In this document: piece by piece, positions 48,488 to 58,638 of the stretch
How the letters are laid out: each line of letters opens with the position of its first letter
How positions within the stretch are numbered: position 1 is the stretch's first letter
Position numbers and translations under genes: made by a program
Notes under the pieces: generated by a model
What the model saw: the letters and a program-made list of their open reading frames with translations, nothing else
Told to the model about the DNA's origin: nothing
Database searches by the model: none
Source of the DNA: Fibrobacteria bacterium
GTDB lineage: Bacteria > Fibrobacterota > Fibrobacteria > UBA11236
DNA: 64,000 nt
Reading direction: 5' to 3'
Assembly: GCA_043732185.1 (NCBI GenBank)
Contig: JAYTHY010000088.1
Span: forward strand, 1-64,000

Positions 48488-50746
48488 TCAAATTGTGGGC
48501 GGTAAAAATTCGAAAAACAGGACACCGGCGCATTTTCCCTTACGAAGATCCAGGTAGTCTTTAAATGGCATAGTAGTCACTTTGTTTTTCAACTGGCTTG
48601 CATTGCGAAGTTGGGGAACACCTTTGTCGTCCACTACTAAAAACCCGGTATGGGTAACATCCAATCCAGGCAGGTCGGTTACAAAAGCAACGCCCAGGAA
48701 CTTATCGCCGTATGTCCAATGGGCCATTAAATCCAGGGCCTTAGCATAGGGTAGAAATGCGATGTCGCAGATGGGATTGCTGGCAGGGGGCGGTAGTTTT
48801 TTGGATTGGAAGAACTTGATCTTGTCGATAGGCTTGTGGATTAAAGTATCGCCGGGAAAACGATAAACCCGGGTCAGGGACGCATTCTTTTTCAGCCAAT
48901 CCTGGACAAAATAATGGTTGCGCGTCGAAAATTCCACCGTGTCCGATTTGTAGCGCAGTTTCATAAGCCAGGGCAGAACATCCCGGGTTTCCCGCGACAA
49001 GGCCAATGACATTACGGTTTCAATATAGGTGACACAATCAAATCGATTAAGATCCAGAATCGGAGCAGATTCCAAGTTTCCAAAGCGGCCTTCGCCTGAG
49101 GGCCCCAGGAAATAGGGTTTTTCTTCCAGTGCACGCGAAAAATACTTCAAACGTTCGATATATCCGGAAGGGACATCGCTGCGGGCCAATAGATGATGGG
49201 CTTCAATCAGGGCGGGCCGTTCCTTGTTGTACCAAAGCGCCACGCGCATGAGTAGCGAGTCAAGTAAGTGCTGGGCGGCCTCAGGAGATCCTTGGAACTC
49301 GTTGATGAACAAAGTAGTGGCTAGAGTGTCTCCGTCGATGCCGAAGACGTATCCACACAATCCTTGAACGCCACTTATCGATCCAGTTTTAAAGCGGACC
49401 AAGTTGGTTTTCATATAAGGCCGCAGACGCCTACCGGTAGCGCCGTCCATACCGGGTGCGGCGAGCGAACTGATATAATCCTTGGAATATTTGTGTCGGG
49501 CCATTTTGGCCAACAGCTGTGCCATGGCCCGCGGCTTGATGTGATTCTGGGACGATAACCCGCAGCCATCAAAAAGCTGAAAGTCCGCGGTATCCAGTCC
49601 CAGCCTGGATAGAAACTCCTTTTCGGCAAGTATTCCCGCATGGGAAGTCCCGTCACCTTTTACGAATTTCCCCAGCTGTCGCAAGGTCATCTCCGCATGC
49701 AGATTCTGGCTGCGCTGATTGATTTCTTCCACCACATCGATTTGTGGTGCGGTGGTAAATCGGTACGTAGCCAAGAGCGGCGGACCCACCCGCGGTGGAC
49801 TGGGCTGGTAGACTAATCCTTGGGACGCCAAAGTTTTTAGAAAGGATGCGCGAAAATATTGGGTGGGATTGCGAACAGGCAAAATCATCTGAAAGCCTGG
49901 GGCCTTGGTGCCGATGATTCCTGTTAAGGTAATGACGGTTGAATCAGGATTTTGCAGGGGTACAATGCGCCGTTTTTTCCCCACAGCGGTTCTGGATTTG
50001 TTGATGACGCGCACATAGCCAACATCAGGTGTTACGGCGTATACCGCAGGCGCACCGGGTTTGGCGGCCGGCAATACGGTTAAGGTAAAGGTATTGTCGT
50101 TATAGGAAAGTGCGGAAACTTCCGCGCCATACCAGGTGTTGAAATGGTGTTGTTTCCAGGCTTCCGGACGACGCGGTCCTGTGAAAAAGGTATCGGTGAC
50201 TTCAATATTTCCGCGTATGGTATCGATTCCCAGACTGCACAAGCTGTCGATGAATGGTTCCAATGGGCTTAGAGCGTCAGGGAAAAAGCGATCGGATACA
50301 TTGGGGTCCCCTTGTCCGGAAATGCGGATGGTGCCGGTCAATACGTGATTCTCAACTTTTCCCAGAACTTCCATAACCGTGGATGGAAAGAAATTAATGG
50401 GGAAGGTATCCAGCGCAGCGGCGGTAACGATGAGTTTGAGGCAGCTGGCCGGTGTAAACCAATCGGTGTCATTGAACGACGCTTCGATGCGCCCGTATTT
50501 AGTAGAGTACACGCTAATGGCTAGGCGACCACGGAGGCGACTGTGTTTGTAAAATGCTTCCAATTCCTGATTCAAAAAGGGTGACGGTCCGGTTACATAT
50601 GTTCCCCGGTTGGGAATAAAAGCCTCTTGAGGAGGGCCAATAAACCCTACGGGAATTGAATCCAGGGGTGCGACAGGTCCCAGTTCAAGTTGCGCGGAAT
50701 AAACCAAGTTGGCTGCCAAGGTTAAAATCAGGAGCAACAATTTCAT
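48488..50746 (-). CDS. dacB: PBP4/DacB D-Ala-D-Ala carboxy/endopeptidase fused to a DUF1460 (AmiA-like) domain
   Basis: PASCLK (SxxK), SQN (SxN), DGCGLS, KTGS; C-terminal DCVTYIE...LRY...RNHYF..DW...GLDVTHTG...RNAS. Confidence 0.88.
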   Translation of the reverse strand: MKLLLLILTLAANLVYSAQLELGPVAPLDSIPVGFIGPPQEAFIPNRGTYVTGPSPFLNQELEAFYKHSRLRGRLAISVYSTKYGRIEASFNDTDWFTPASCLKLIVTAAALDTFPINFFPSTVMEVLGKVENHVLTGTIRISGQGDPNVSDRFFPDALSPLEPFIDSLCSLGIDTIRGNIEVTDTFFTGPRRPEAWKQHHFNTWYGAEVSALSYNDNTFTLTVLPAAKPGAPAVYAVTPDVGYVRVINKSRTAVGKKRRIVPLQNPDSTVITLTGIIGTKAPGFQMILPVRNPTQYFRASFLKTLASQGLVYQPSPPRVGPPLLATYRFTTAPQIDVVEEINQRSQNLHAEMTLRQLGKFVKGDGTSHAGILAEKEFLSRLGLDTADFQLFDGCGLSSQNHIKPRAMAQLLAKMARHKYSKDYISSLAAPGMDGATGRRLRPYMKTNLVRFKTGSISGVQGLCGYVFGIDGDTLATTLFINEFQGSPEAAQHLLDSLLMRVALWYNKERPALIEAHHLLARSDVPSGYIERLKYFSRALEEKPYFLGPSGEGRFGNLESAPILDLNRFDCVTYIETVMSLALSRETRDVLPWLMKLRYKSDTVEFSTRNHYFVQDWLKKNASLTRVYRFPGDTLIHKPIDKIKFFQSKKLPPPASNPICDIAFLPYAKALDLMAHWTYGDKFLGVAFVTDLPGLDVTHTGFLVVDDKGVPQLRNASQLKNKVTTMPFKDYLDLRKGKCAGVLFFEFLPPTI

Positions 50747-52056
50747 GGTTTGCCTGTTTCTCCTGTACCAGATCGGGATCCGGAAACAATGGACTTAAAA
50801 GCTTCAAAGTATCCAGGAAACGTTTTGCGCGTGCAGTCTGGATTGCGGATGGTAATGGGCACGCCACCCAAGGAGGCGAGGGAAAAGCACATAGCCATGC
50901 GATGATCCTCATACGTATCGATTTCTGCACTGGCTATCGATTGGGGAGGGTGGACTTTCAGCCAATCCGATCCCTCTTCAACCTGGGCTCCGAGCTTACG
51001 CAGTTCCGTGGCCATAGCCTGAATGCGATCGGTTTCCTTAACCCGCCAATTTCCGATATTGCGAATCGTTGTGGGTCCCTCGGCAAATAAAGCCGTTATC
51101 GCTAATGTCATTCCCGTGTCGGACATCAAATCCATATCTACGTCAATGCCGCGCAAGTGTCCTTTGGAAGCCTTAATCCCAGTGTCGGTATATTCTACCC
51201 TGGCTCCCATCTTGGCCAATACTTCAGCAAACTTTGCTTCGCCTTGCAGACTATGCTTGCCTATTCCGCGCACTTGTACGTCGCCGGCAATGGCGCCTGC
51301 CGCAAGGAAATAGGATGCCGAGGAGGCGTCCGGCTCAATGGCGTATTGGCCTGGTGAACGGTAACCTCTGGGTTCAGCCAATAGGAACCGTTGGAAATTT
51401 TGGTTTTCGATTTGTACGCCAAAAGCTTCCATGATGCGCAAAGTCAAATCCACATAAGGGGCGGAAACCAGAACGCCATCCACTTCCACAATAACTGGTT
51501 CGCGGCACAATGGCAGTGAAAGTAAAAGCCCGGTTAAAAACTGGCTGGATACATTTCCTTTGATCTGTGTTTTGCCACCCTGTAAGCCATGGGCCGAAAT
51601 TCGCAAGGGAGGAAATCCTGACTGACCACCATATGCGACCAAGGTGTTTCCCGCGATGGGACGCAGAGCATTGATGAGATCGGCAATGGGGCGCTCACGC
51701 ATGCGTGCAATACCATCCACTCCGAATTCTCCATGCCCGGCGCACAAGAGTGCCGTCAAGATCCGTGTGGCCGTTCCGGAATTTCCCAAAAAAAGATCCA
51801 CCGGTGCTTTACTGACAATGGGCCCACCCCGGCCCTGCACAGTGAGCGCTCCATCTTCTTGCGAAAGGGCAAAACCCAGATGACGCAAGGCTTGACACAT
51901 GAGTTCTACATCATCACCATCGGGAAGATTGGACAACCAGGTTGTTCCCATTGCCAAGGCCGCCAAAGGCAATACTCGATTGCTAATGCTCTTGGAACCG
52001 GGAGGTTCTACGGATCCGAAAGCGCGTCCGGCAGGCGGCAAAGTAAGGGAAATCAT
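50743..52056 (-). CDS. aroA: 3-phosphoshikimate 1-carboxyvinyltransferase
   Basis: PGSKSISNR, LGNSGTATR, SSQFLT, RVKETDRI, DHRMAM. Confidence 0.97.
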   Translation of the reverse strand: MISLTLPPAGRAFGSVEPPGSKSISNRVLPLAALAMGTTWLSNLPDGDDVELMCQALRHLGFALSQEDGALTVQGRGGPIVSKAPVDLFLGNSGTATRILTALLCAGHGEFGVDGIARMRERPIADLINALRPIAGNTLVAYGGQSGFPPLRISAHGLQGGKTQIKGNVSSQFLTGLLLSLPLCREPVIVEVDGVLVSAPYVDLTLRIMEAFGVQIENQNFQRFLLAEPRGYRSPGQYAIEPDASSASYFLAAGAIAGDVQVRGIGKHSLQGEAKFAEVLAKMGARVEYTDTGIKASKGHLRGIDVDMDLMSDTGMTLAITALFAEGPTTIRNIGNWRVKETDRIQAMATELRKLGAQVEEGSDWLKVHPPQSIASAEIDTYEDHRMAMCFSLASLGGVPITIRNPDCTRKTFPGYFEAFKSIVSGSRSGTGETGKP

Positions 52057-52140
52057 CTCTCGGAAAACTATAAAATTTGCAAGCCCCTATCGTACTTGCG
52101 GGCCCAGAGGCAGGTGAAATTCGAACGACTCTTTCAGTAC

Positions 52141-52695
52141 TTATTCAGCCAGCTTTACAGCAGTGCCCACTGCCGAGCACAGACACACAATGGCGTCGAA
52201 TTGGGAAAACTGGAGCGTCATTCCAACTATGCCATCAGCGCCCATGGAGCGAGCCCGTTGGGATAGTTCCTCCAGCGCAATGACTTTTACTCTTTGCAGT
52301 TCGTCTTCCGCCGCCTTGAGTCGATGCAAATCTCCATGGGGGGCTGGATTTCGGAACAGCACGTCCTTGGGTACGACAATTTCAATCGAGACCATTCCCA
52401 AATATTCCTGAATGGTAAATCCCTCGACCGTAGGCGTTGTGGTGAGAAAGAATTCGGGCTTGTTTAAGTTGCCCATATCGCTTATGGCCAGTATTTGTGA
52501 TTTGCGTGCATTGGCTGAAGCAGAGGAAGATTGCGAAGGGGTTGCTCCAAAGGAGGGCGAAGCCGGCAAGCCGGCAGCGGCAATCGGTGAGAGGTCGACG
52601 GGAGCGGATGCCGGCGGCACTTGCGAATTGCGGTTCGAACCCTGGTACGGAGCTAGAAATGGATTTTGAGCTTCGGGTGAATTTGGGTTTGGCAT
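52141..52695 (-). CDS. YbjQ-like heavy-metal-binding domain protein with disordered N-terminus
   Basis: TTTPTVEGFTIQEYLGMV...ARSMGADGIVG...AVGTAVK; AAGGA RBS. Confidence 0.8.
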   Translation of the reverse strand: MPNPNSPEAQNPFLAPYQGSNRNSQVPPASAPVDLSPIAAAGLPASPSFGATPSQSSSASANARKSQILAISDMGNLNKPEFFLTTTPTVEGFTIQEYLGMVSIEIVVPKDVLFRNPAPHGDLHRLKAAEDELQRVKVIALEELSQRARSMGADGIVGMTLQFSQFDAIVCLCSAVGTAVKLAE

Positions 52696-52844
52696 GGAAT
52701 GTCCTTAGTTGTATCCTATTTTAAGGGTAGGCTATGGGTTTTTGACGAGTATTTTTTCCGGCATTGCTTCTTGGAACACTATTGGACCCTAATCAACACC
52801 TTTTCGAGCCCTTATTGACCACTTATCGACCCCTGGAAAGCGAC

Positions 52845-53531
52845 TCAAATGAAGTCACGGTTCACAAGTGCGCCACGATTAAGCATCAGTCGACGATAAG
52901 GCATGGAATTGATAAGGCCATAGTCATGGGTTGCCATAAGTACCGCAGTTCCGGACGCGTTGATGTTTTGGAAGATTTTGACAATTTCTTTTGACGTTTG
53001 GGGGTCGAGGTTTCCAGTCGGCTCATCGGCGAGGATGATATAAGGCTCATTGGCCATAGCCCGGGCAATGGAAACCCGCTGCTGTTCGCCACCGGAAAGC
53101 TGATGGGGTAAATTCCGGGCCTTATGAGAGATGCCGGTCAAAGTAAGGACTTCATAAACACGATGCTTGATGCGGCGATTGGAATATCCGGCGATTCTCA
53201 AGGCGAAGGCCACATTTTCGAATACGTTCCGATCGGGTAGCAACTTAAAGTCTTGGAATACGATTCCGAGACGACGGCGCAGCAACTGAATGGTGCCTCG
53301 CGAAGTTTCCGTGGAGCGATAGGTAAGGTCTTTGTTGAATGAAATCAAAACCTCGCCTACATCTGGTTTCTCATCCATGTAAATCAGTTTGAGAACAGTG
53401 GTCTTGCCCGCGCCGCTCGGTCCAGTCAAAAAAACAAATTCACCGCGGTCGAGGCGAAAGTGCATGTCTTGCAACGCCGTCCAATCCTTTTCATACCGTT
53501 TGGAAACATGGCTGAAAGAAATGAGCGTCAT
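52845..53531 (-). CDS. ftsE: Cell division ATP-binding protein FtsE
   Basis: GPSGAGKT, LRRRLGIVFQDFKLL, LSGGEQQRV, ADEPTGNLDP, MATHD. Confidence 0.88.
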   Translation of the reverse strand: MTLISFSHVSKRYEKDWTALQDMHFRLDRGEFVFLTGPSGAGKTTVLKLIYMDEKPDVGEVLISFNKDLTYRSTETSRGTIQLLRRRLGIVFQDFKLLPDRNVFENVAFALRIAGYSNRRIKHRVYEVLTLTGISHKARNLPHQLSGGEQQRVSIARAMANEPYIILADEPTGNLDPQTSKEIVKIFQNINASGTAVLMATHDYGLINSMPYRRLMLNRGALVNRDFI

Positions 53532-53535
53532 GGCT

Positions 53536-54291
53536 TCATGGTTTCCTTAAGACAAAGTGTATCCGCTCGGAAGCGTCTCGTCCAGTTCGGAATGTAAATC
53601 CTTCGAATACCCCAGCGATTAGGAATCCGGCATTTTCAGCGCAGGCGCGCAAAATATCGATTTTGTAAATGCGCTGTTGGTGGCTCTCCTTAATTTTTTG
53701 CCAGCAGTCGCGCTTGCCCTCCACGAAAAAGATGAAATCATTGGTTTGCAATTGGGCCTCGCGGTCAAATCCACTTTCTCGAAAATAGGTGCAGCCGGCC
53801 ATCTCCCCAAAATCAACGGCTTGATGAAAGTGCCTCCGAGAATTTTCCTCGGTGGTGATGTCGAAGATGAACAATCCATTTGGGCTCAGAATGCGGAACG
53901 CTTCCTCTAAACAGCGCGTAACATCCTCTTCTTCCATCAAATAATTGATGGCATCGTAGATCATGACGCAGAGTTGGAAGGGCCCCCGGAACGGTAGGGC
54001 AAGGGCATTGGCTGCCACTCGCTTGTTGGCGGCAACATCGTGGGCTTGCGCGAGCATGAACTGGGACAGATCGGAATAATAGACTCGAGCCTCAGCCGGG
54101 TATATTTCGCGACGGGCGAACGGGCATGTGCCGGCTCCGATTTCCAGAACGGTTTTCGGATCCTGTCCGAACTTGCGCCACAATTTTACAAGGTAGCGGC
54201 CCCAGGCGTCATAATCGACATGGGCCATAATCCAATCATAATAAGGGGCGATGATTCTGTATGAGGTTTCGTCCCGCATGGATGCATTCAA
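53536..54291 (-). CDS. Class I SAM-dependent methyltransferase
   Basis: YDWIMAHVDY, LEIGAGT, DLSQFML, YDAINYL, GLFIFD, ESHQQRIY. Confidence 0.9.
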   Translation of the reverse strand: MNASMRDETSYRIIAPYYDWIMAHVDYDAWGRYLVKLWRKFGQDPKTVLEIGAGTCPFARREIYPAEARVYYSDLSQFMLAQAHDVAANKRVAANALALPFRGPFQLCVMIYDAINYLMEEEDVTRCLEEAFRILSPNGLFIFDITTEENSRRHFHQAVDFGEMAGCTYFRESGFDREAQLQTNDFIFFVEGKRDCWQKIKESHQQRIYKIDILRACAENAGFLIAGVFEGFTFRTGRDASERIHFVLRKP

Positions 54292-55694
54292 TTCCTAAGC
54301 GGAATGCCGCCGGGAAGCCCCTCTGAATCGGATGTCTCACCCTGGCCGCCGGTTCCGTCATCGTCCCTGGAAGCCAGTCCCTTGTACTGCGCCAATCGGT
54401 CCTCGATATGCACTGTTTCACGCCACTTTTTTATAAAAGTGGAAAGTTTTTGACTGAGGAAATAATTTCGAGCAATCTGGCTGATTTCCAAAAAGTCTTC
54501 CTCGATATTCATTTTTCTTTCAGGTGCTTTGCCGTCTAGGCGGAAAATATGGTAGGAGTCGCCGATAGAAACAGGACCGCTGATACCGCCCACTGAAAGG
54601 CTGTCTACAGCCGCCAAATATCGTGTGTCCAATTTATCCTTCGTGAACCAGCCCAAGCTGCCACCCTGGTCCTTAGTCTTTTTGTCTTCGGAAAAACGGG
54701 TTGCCAAAGTTGCAAAGTCCCCGGTGCGCAAGGCTGTTGCGCGTAGCGAATCCAAGAAAGTACGGGTGCGGGCGCTATCGGCGGCTTCCGGAATCAGGCG
54801 GACTAAAATATGCGACGTGCGGATCTCATTATCTTTTTTCCCCGTAACTTTGATGATATGGTAACCAAATCGAGAGTGAATGGGAAACTTGGTATACTCG
54901 CCGGCATCAAGTGCAAATGCGGCCCGTTCATAATCGGGATCCAATGTCCCCCGTTTGGTATATCCGATATCTCCGCCTTCCTTGCTGGAAAAATCGTCAG
55001 AATATTTTTTAGCTAGATCCACAAAGGCTTCACCCTTGTCAAGCCGTTTGATTAATGAATCGATTTTCAGAAATGCGGCTCTGTCCAAGATTCCGCTGGG
55101 TTTGGTTTTGATCTGGACATGCGAGAGTCGCAGACTGTTCTGTTGCAATGGCAAACTATCCTTATACATTTTGAAAAAATCCCGCACTTGCAAGTTCGAG
55201 GGTTCATGATCGCCGACGTACTTGAACTGCAGCTTTTGACGGTAGCTCTGTTCCAGATATTGCTGGTTCAACCGGGCTCGGAACTGGGTGAGATTCATGC
55301 CGTTGGTTTGCTTCAGCAACATTTCAAACTTTTTTTCGCCTCCTTGCTGTTCTACATAATGCGCAATGGCATCTTCCACGCGGGGGGCAATATCCTTTTC
55401 TGAAACGCGGATATTGGTGTCTAATTTGGCCTTGACCAGGACCACCTTGTCGTCAATGAGCCGGTTTAAAAGCTCGCGCCGTTGAGCGTCAATAGGTAAA
55501 TGGGACATGCCCGGCTGCTGTTCGGCGGCCACTTGACGTAGCTCTTCCACTTCAGACAGCAGGATGATTTGATCATCTACAAGGGCAACAATGCCATCAA
55601 AAGGTTGACGAGTGGCATTACCAATCCAAACGGTGGAGAGGATAAGTCCACTGACTAAGGAAAGAGCGGGGATATTCATTTGTTTATTTGCCAT
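54288..55694 (-). CDS. surA: SurA-like peptidyl-prolyl isomerase/chaperone (two parvulin domains)
   Basis: DGIVALVDDQIILLSE; FVDLAKKYSDD..GGDIG..FGYHIIK; second FSED..GGSLG..YHIFR. Confidence 0.85.
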   Translation of the reverse strand: MANKQMNIPALSLVSGLILSTVWIGNATRQPFDGIVALVDDQIILLSEVEELRQVAAEQQPGMSHLPIDAQRRELLNRLIDDKVVLVKAKLDTNIRVSEKDIAPRVEDAIAHYVEQQGGEKKFEMLLKQTNGMNLTQFRARLNQQYLEQSYRQKLQFKYVGDHEPSNLQVRDFFKMYKDSLPLQQNSLRLSHVQIKTKPSGILDRAAFLKIDSLIKRLDKGEAFVDLAKKYSDDFSSKEGGDIGYTKRGTLDPDYERAAFALDAGEYTKFPIHSRFGYHIIKVTGKKDNEIRTSHILVRLIPEAADSARTRTFLDSLRATALRTGDFATLATRFSEDKKTKDQGGSLGWFTKDKLDTRYLAAVDSLSVGGISGPVSIGDSYHIFRLDGKAPERKMNIEEDFLEISQIARNYFLSQKLSTFIKKWRETVHIEDRLAQYKGLASRDDDGTGGQGETSDSEGLPGGIPLRN

Positions 55695-56853
55695 TGGGAT
55701 TCTCTTCTACTGCGGGCCTGGGGTCGGCGGTATTTGGGGGAAGGGGTTCAGTTGGTATAGAGGGTGCGGATTCGTTATCACTCGGTTTGGATTGGGACGT
55801 TGCGGAAGTGTTTGGCGAAGCAATGGTTCTGGGGCGTTTTGACTTGGCAACTTTAGGGACGACGGGCTTGGCCGATTTCGTCTCTTGAGTTGGGACAGTT
55901 GGAGCTGTTGACACTGCTGGGACCGAATCTTTGGCGATGGACATGGGCTTGGGTGCTTCAATTTGACCAGGGATTTGATCCATATTATAGCCGATGTTCA
56001 AACCTTCCTTATACTTGGCTATGCGCGCTTCGGTGATTTTATCCTTGCGGCCAATGACGAGAAGGCTTCTGATTTCTTCTTTGGTATCCGCAAAGGGTAT
56101 ATACGTACCTGGTTCTTGTTTTTCTAAAACCTTCACCAGATAAACCCCATCTGGGCAATCAATAGGCAAGGTCACGGCATTGACTGGAGTATTGGGTATG
56201 GCCTGGGTCAGGCAGGTGGGGATGCCATCGAGTTTCTTGAATGCAATGGAAGCATAAGCTTCCGGTGTTGGGTCGAGCGAGTTGGCAGCGGCTATTTCTA
56301 GGAAGTCCCCACGATTTATTTTTGCCCTGAGTTCAGAAGCTTGTTTGGCAGAGCGCACGCGGAGGTGGGCTATTTTAAATTCCGTGACATTGCGACGAAA
56401 ATCCTCTTTGTGCATTTCATAATATTGGTTCATGGTCATTTCGTCCGGCTCGAATGCATCCGTTCCGTTTTCACGGGCGAGAAATTCTTCAATGACAAGC
56501 TTTCGACTCAACTTTGCAAGCTTTCTAGCCACTACCGAGTCCTTGGCAAAGCCAACCTTTTCAGCGTGTTGGTAAATGACTTCATCATCGATCCAGCGTT
56601 TGATGAAATCCAGGTACTGTTGACGGCGGATAACTTGTTCGAATTCAATCGGGAAGCTTTCCCGTAGGTCCGCTAAAGTGAGGGTAGCAGTGCCCACTTG
56701 GGCCAAAACCAATTCTTTCTCCTTTTCCTTTTGGCAGCCGCCTAAAAGGGTCAATGCCGTGAAAAAGAGCAAAAAAAGTCGATTTATAGAAGCGTTCTGC
56801 ATGTCCTTGGCTACCAACAGGGAAGGTTCTAATGTACTTAAAAACCCCTGCAA
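55684..56853 (-). CDS. PpiC/PrsA-type lipoprotein chaperone with Pro/Ser-rich tail (start uncertain)
   Basis: Lipobox LGGC, LAQVG, YYEMHKEDF, degenerate parvulin domain. Confidence 0.75.
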   Translation of the reverse strand: MQGFLSTLEPSLLVAKDMQNASINRLFLLFFTALTLLGGCQKEKEKELVLAQVGTATLTLADLRESFPIEFEQVIRRQQYLDFIKRWIDDEVIYQHAEKVGFAKDSVVARKLAKLSRKLVIEEFLARENGTDAFEPDEMTMNQYYEMHKEDFRRNVTEFKIAHLRVRSAKQASELRAKINRGDFLEIAAANSLDPTPEAYASIAFKKLDGIPTCLTQAIPNTPVNAVTLPIDCPDGVYLVKVLEKQEPGTYIPFADTKEEIRSLLVIGRKDKITEARIAKYKEGLNIGYNMDQIPGQIEAPKPMSIAKDSVPAVSTAPTVPTQETKSAKPVVPKVAKSKRPRTIASPNTSATSQSKPSDNESAPSIPTEPLPPNTADPRPAVEENPNGK

Positions 56854-56913
56854 AGCCTATTCTAGGATTGCAGTTTGGGCACAGGTGAGCAGTGGAGACT
56901 GTTGCGTTTCCGG

Positions 56914-58512
56914 CTAAGGTCCGTTCACGAGGAATCGAAAAATACGGCAGGCGTTGCCCAGGCTTGCTGAGTTCTTGACGGTGGAAGTTACGATTTTTAG
57001 TTCGTGCTGCCGCCTCGGCAGATCCACGTTGAATAAAATCGTCCAAGGCAGATTCAATCCAGCGCTCCATTGTGTGAATTGATCCCTGGTACCCATAAAC
57101 TGATTGTCGATATAATAATCGAGCATGCCCACATCCGGGCCTGCCGGAATGACTATTCCAACTGCCGTTCCTGTGAATACAAACTTTAAGGTGTCTCGTG
57201 CCGTTAAGGCCTCTAAGACTGGAACGTTCACAAACCCATCTCGTGTGCCGCCCGAGGTAGGCGTCCACGAGGCTACGGATTTCCAGCCATTGACCAGTTG
57301 CGCGGCTTGTATGCTGTCCATATGGCCATTGGCAAAACACAGCGTGTCCAGCATTTTAACCGGTTGAAAATGTGGTATGGGCTGCGTTACTACCGAAGCT
57401 GTATCGCTCCAAGCCGTGCTTAACAGGCGGGTGATGGCATCGGCGTAGATTTGTGTGCCGAATGCTCCCGGGTGTACGTCATTGCCGAACTGCGACCATG
57501 TAAAATGTTCGGCGACATATTGCGCCAAGTTGATGGAAGATACAGCATATTGCCAAGCCGATTTTTCGTAATCGGTGACAAGGGGAATGGGTTGTCCTGC
57601 TTTTACGTAGGCATAAAATAAGTCGTGGGCGAAATACATATAGGCTACGTCGATATTCGGGTTATGCCGAATCGCTTGGCGAATAATACCTTCATAGGCT
57701 CGGGTTCTTTCGATGGAGGTTACTCCATTGGATGTGTCGTTCACCGCAGATTCAACGAAAAGCAAGTCCACTTTCCCTCGGAAGAAAACATCCTTTTGGA
57801 GACGGAAGGCGTGCATTTTAATGTCTGCGCTGGGGATTCCAGCATTGATGAAGTCAAAAGTGGTCAGGGGATATTTCCGACGCAGATACGCCATGACGCT
57901 ATCGCGCCAACCCGGATTGAAGGTGATGGAACCGCCTAGAAAGGCCACGCGACCTTGCCGGGTTACTTCGAATCGATTGCGGCAGTTGGCAAAATTATCC
58001 CGGAGAATGGATCGCGAGCTGTCCCAGAGGTCGATATGCTTGAGTTGAAAATCCCGAGTATCGCCATCATTGAAGGAAAGGTTTCTGGTCTTCAAGGGAT
58101 AAATACTCTTCCCATAAATCGTCACATGATAGAGACGGGCTGCTGCGGGTTTGGCAAGCGCCATCCCTGCGTAAGCTGTGAGCCCAGGTTGGAAGGCTTC
58201 TACGCGGCGTCCAAGCAGAGTATAACGACTCTGCGCGAGCCATCCCTTGCTGCCAATCGAGTTTCGACTTTCCGGATGGATGGTCCTGAATGGACTAATG
58301 CCGACTGCTCCAGGCAGCGGTATCACGTAGTGGCCAACGGCATCTGTATACGTGTTGACTGAGAAGCTCGAATCAGCGGCATCCACAAAACGAACAAAAA
58401 CATTGGGCATGGGGACGTTTAAATTATCGCGAATGGTACCTGACACCGTAGCGTTACCTGATGTGGATAGCGCAAAAAGAGCGAGGAGAGACACCGCGAA
58501 ATTTTTAATCAT
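56914..58512 (-). CDS. Secreted SGNH/GDSL hydrolase with N-terminal carboxypeptidase-regulatory-like domain
   Basis: AFLGGSIT, NAGI, ESAVND, DVHP; signal peptide. Confidence 0.88.
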   Translation of the reverse strand: MIKNFAVSLLALFALSTSGNATVSGTIRDNLNVPMPNVFVRFVDAADSSFSVNTYTDAVGHYVIPLPGAVGISPFRTIHPESRNSIGSKGWLAQSRYTLLGRRVEAFQPGLTAYAGMALAKPAAARLYHVTIYGKSIYPLKTRNLSFNDGDTRDFQLKHIDLWDSSRSILRDNFANCRNRFEVTRQGRVAFLGGSITFNPGWRDSVMAYLRRKYPLTTFDFINAGIPSADIKMHAFRLQKDVFFRGKVDLLFVESAVNDTSNGVTSIERTRAYEGIIRQAIRHNPNIDVAYMYFAHDLFYAYVKAGQPIPLVTDYEKSAWQYAVSSINLAQYVAEHFTWSQFGNDVHPGAFGTQIYADAITRLLSTAWSDTASVVTQPIPHFQPVKMLDTLCFANGHMDSIQAAQLVNGWKSVASWTPTSGGTRDGFVNVPVLEALTARDTLKFVFTGTAVGIVIPAGPDVGMLDYYIDNQFMGTRDQFTQWSAGLNLPWTILFNVDLPRRQHELKIVTSTVKNSASLGNACRIFRFLVNGP

Positions 58513-58638
58513 ACCAACCTCAACCGTAAAAGCCCTGGAATACCTAGCGAATAAAATTAGCCAATTTTGCCGGAATTAGGGCTGAGTGAGGGGGCTGTTC
58601 AAATCTCCGTAAACTAGGTGGCCAGGGCCGAACCCAGG

